A program made the translations under genes and the position numbers. Below the pieces are notes generated by a model. That model did no database searches. It was not told where the DNA came from and saw only the letters and a program-made list of their open reading frames with translations. From assembly GCA_013265495.1 (NCBI GenBank), contig MU058687.1, positions 1,116,001-1,180,000 of the forward strand: a DNA stretch of 64,000 bases, written 5' to 3'. The stretch is from Vicugna vicugna. Its lineage: Eukaryota. Shown here piece after piece: positions 63,091 to 64,000 of this stretch; position 1 is the first letter of the stretch; each line of letters opens with the position of its first letter.

Positions 63091-63442
63091 GATAAACCTG
63101 TAATCATGCCACCCAGAGATAACTACTATTAATATCTTGGTATATGTCATTTATACAGACACAAACACACACATACACCTATATATAGACAGATAGATAG
63201 AGATACATGAAGATATATATAAAGGTATATGGTGTGTGTATAAGCGTGTGTATATGTTTATATATATATTACATATGAATAACATATAAATATTTTAAAT
63301 GAAATTGAGATCCCACCAAATATACTATTTTTATCCTGCTTTTTTGAAAAACTGCAGATCGTAAAGTCTCTTTTATTACCTGTTTTAGTATTGAGTCATT
63401 TAACAATCCTAGTTAGAATAGTGTAATGCTTTATGATTCTCT

Positions 63443-63585
63443 CTTTTTTTCTCTTTTTTTTTTTGGTGGGGGGAGGTAACTAGGTTTATTTATTTAATTT
63501 GTTTTTTAAGTGGAGGTAGTGGGGATTGAACCTAGGACCTTGTGTATGCTAAGCATGCGCTCTACCACTTGAGCTATACCCTCCC
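63443..63585 (-). mobile_element. tRNA-Ala-derived SINE (camelid-type) with A-rich tail and TSD CTTTATGATT
   Basis: Minus strand reads GGGAGGGTATAGCTCAAGTGGTAGAGCGCATGCTTAGCATACACAAGGTCCTAGGTTCAATCCCCACTACCTCCA (A and B boxes, AGC anticodon position), then an AT-rich body and poly(A). CTTTATGATT flanks it at 63429-63438 and 63589-63598. Confidence 0.88.
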
Positions 63586-63639
63586 TCCCTTTATGATTTT
63601 CTTTTAAAGAGATATTTTTATTTTATAAATCCTGGCTTA

Positions 63640-64000
63640 TGGAAGTTTTTGTTTATTTATTTTGAAGTAATTGTAGATTCACAGGAGATGAAAGGAATAC
63701 ATCCAAGGCCCATGCATCCTTCTCCCTGCTTCCTCCAGTAGTAACATCTTATACAACTACAGTGCAGTATCAAAACCAAAATACTGACACTGGTACAATT
63801 CATAGAGCTTATTTAGAATTCACCAGTTATACACAGATTCATGTGTAGCCTTGCCATAATCAAGAAACTCAACATTACTATCCTTTGTGTCACTCGTTTA
63901 TAGCCACATTCATCCCACTCCCACCCATCCCTAACTCCTGGCAACCACAAATCCATTTCTTATCTCCATAATTATGTTACTTCATGAATATTACATAAAC
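63640..64000 (-). mobile_element. Old L1M 3' end, truncated by the window edge
   Basis: TTTATTTTGAAGTAATTGTAGATTCACAGG...CCCTAACTCCTGGCAACCAC, typical of an L1MB/MC 3' end in reverse. Confidence 0.7.

Noticed and set aside
63511..63585. Possible tRNA-Ala gene
   Set aside because: Stem mismatches, attached AT-rich tail with poly(A) and a TSD show it is a SINE head.
1..64000. CRISPR arrays, operons, or a novel multi-gene system
   Set aside because: Mammalian intron-exon DNA; no regularly spaced repeat-spacer array, and all credible coding sequence is explained by RPS6KL1 and PGF.

Overview
This is GC-rich mammalian genomic DNA, probably camelid, judged from a tRNA-Ala-derived SINE and the style of the young L1 3' ends (inference, not a database result). 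It holds two minus-strand protein-coding genes. RPS6KL1 is present as its 5' part only: a CpG-island promoter at ~7.05-7.7 kb and three coding exons covering the N-terminal MIT domain, with the gene continuing off the left edge. PGF (placental growth factor) is complete, with 7 coding exons from 33437 down to 21903, all GT-AG. It encodes a 170-aa PlGF-2, or a 149-aa PlGF-1 if exon 6 is skipped, and has a poly(A) signal at 21171-21176. The remaining ~30 kb upstream of PGF is non-coding: L1, L2, MIR, LTR and DNA-transposon relics, microsatellites and one CpG/homeobox-motif-rich enhancer candidate. Almost all ORFs in the supplied track are chance ORFs in GC-rich DNA. I found no evidence of a new multi-gene system. 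The most notable observations are local: two uORFs in the PGF leader, tandem AU-rich elements in its 3'UTR, a 75-bp templated insertion, an L1 with two poly(A) tails inside one TSD pair, a 77-bp tandem duplication, and a TIR-bounded hAT element in PGF intron 6.
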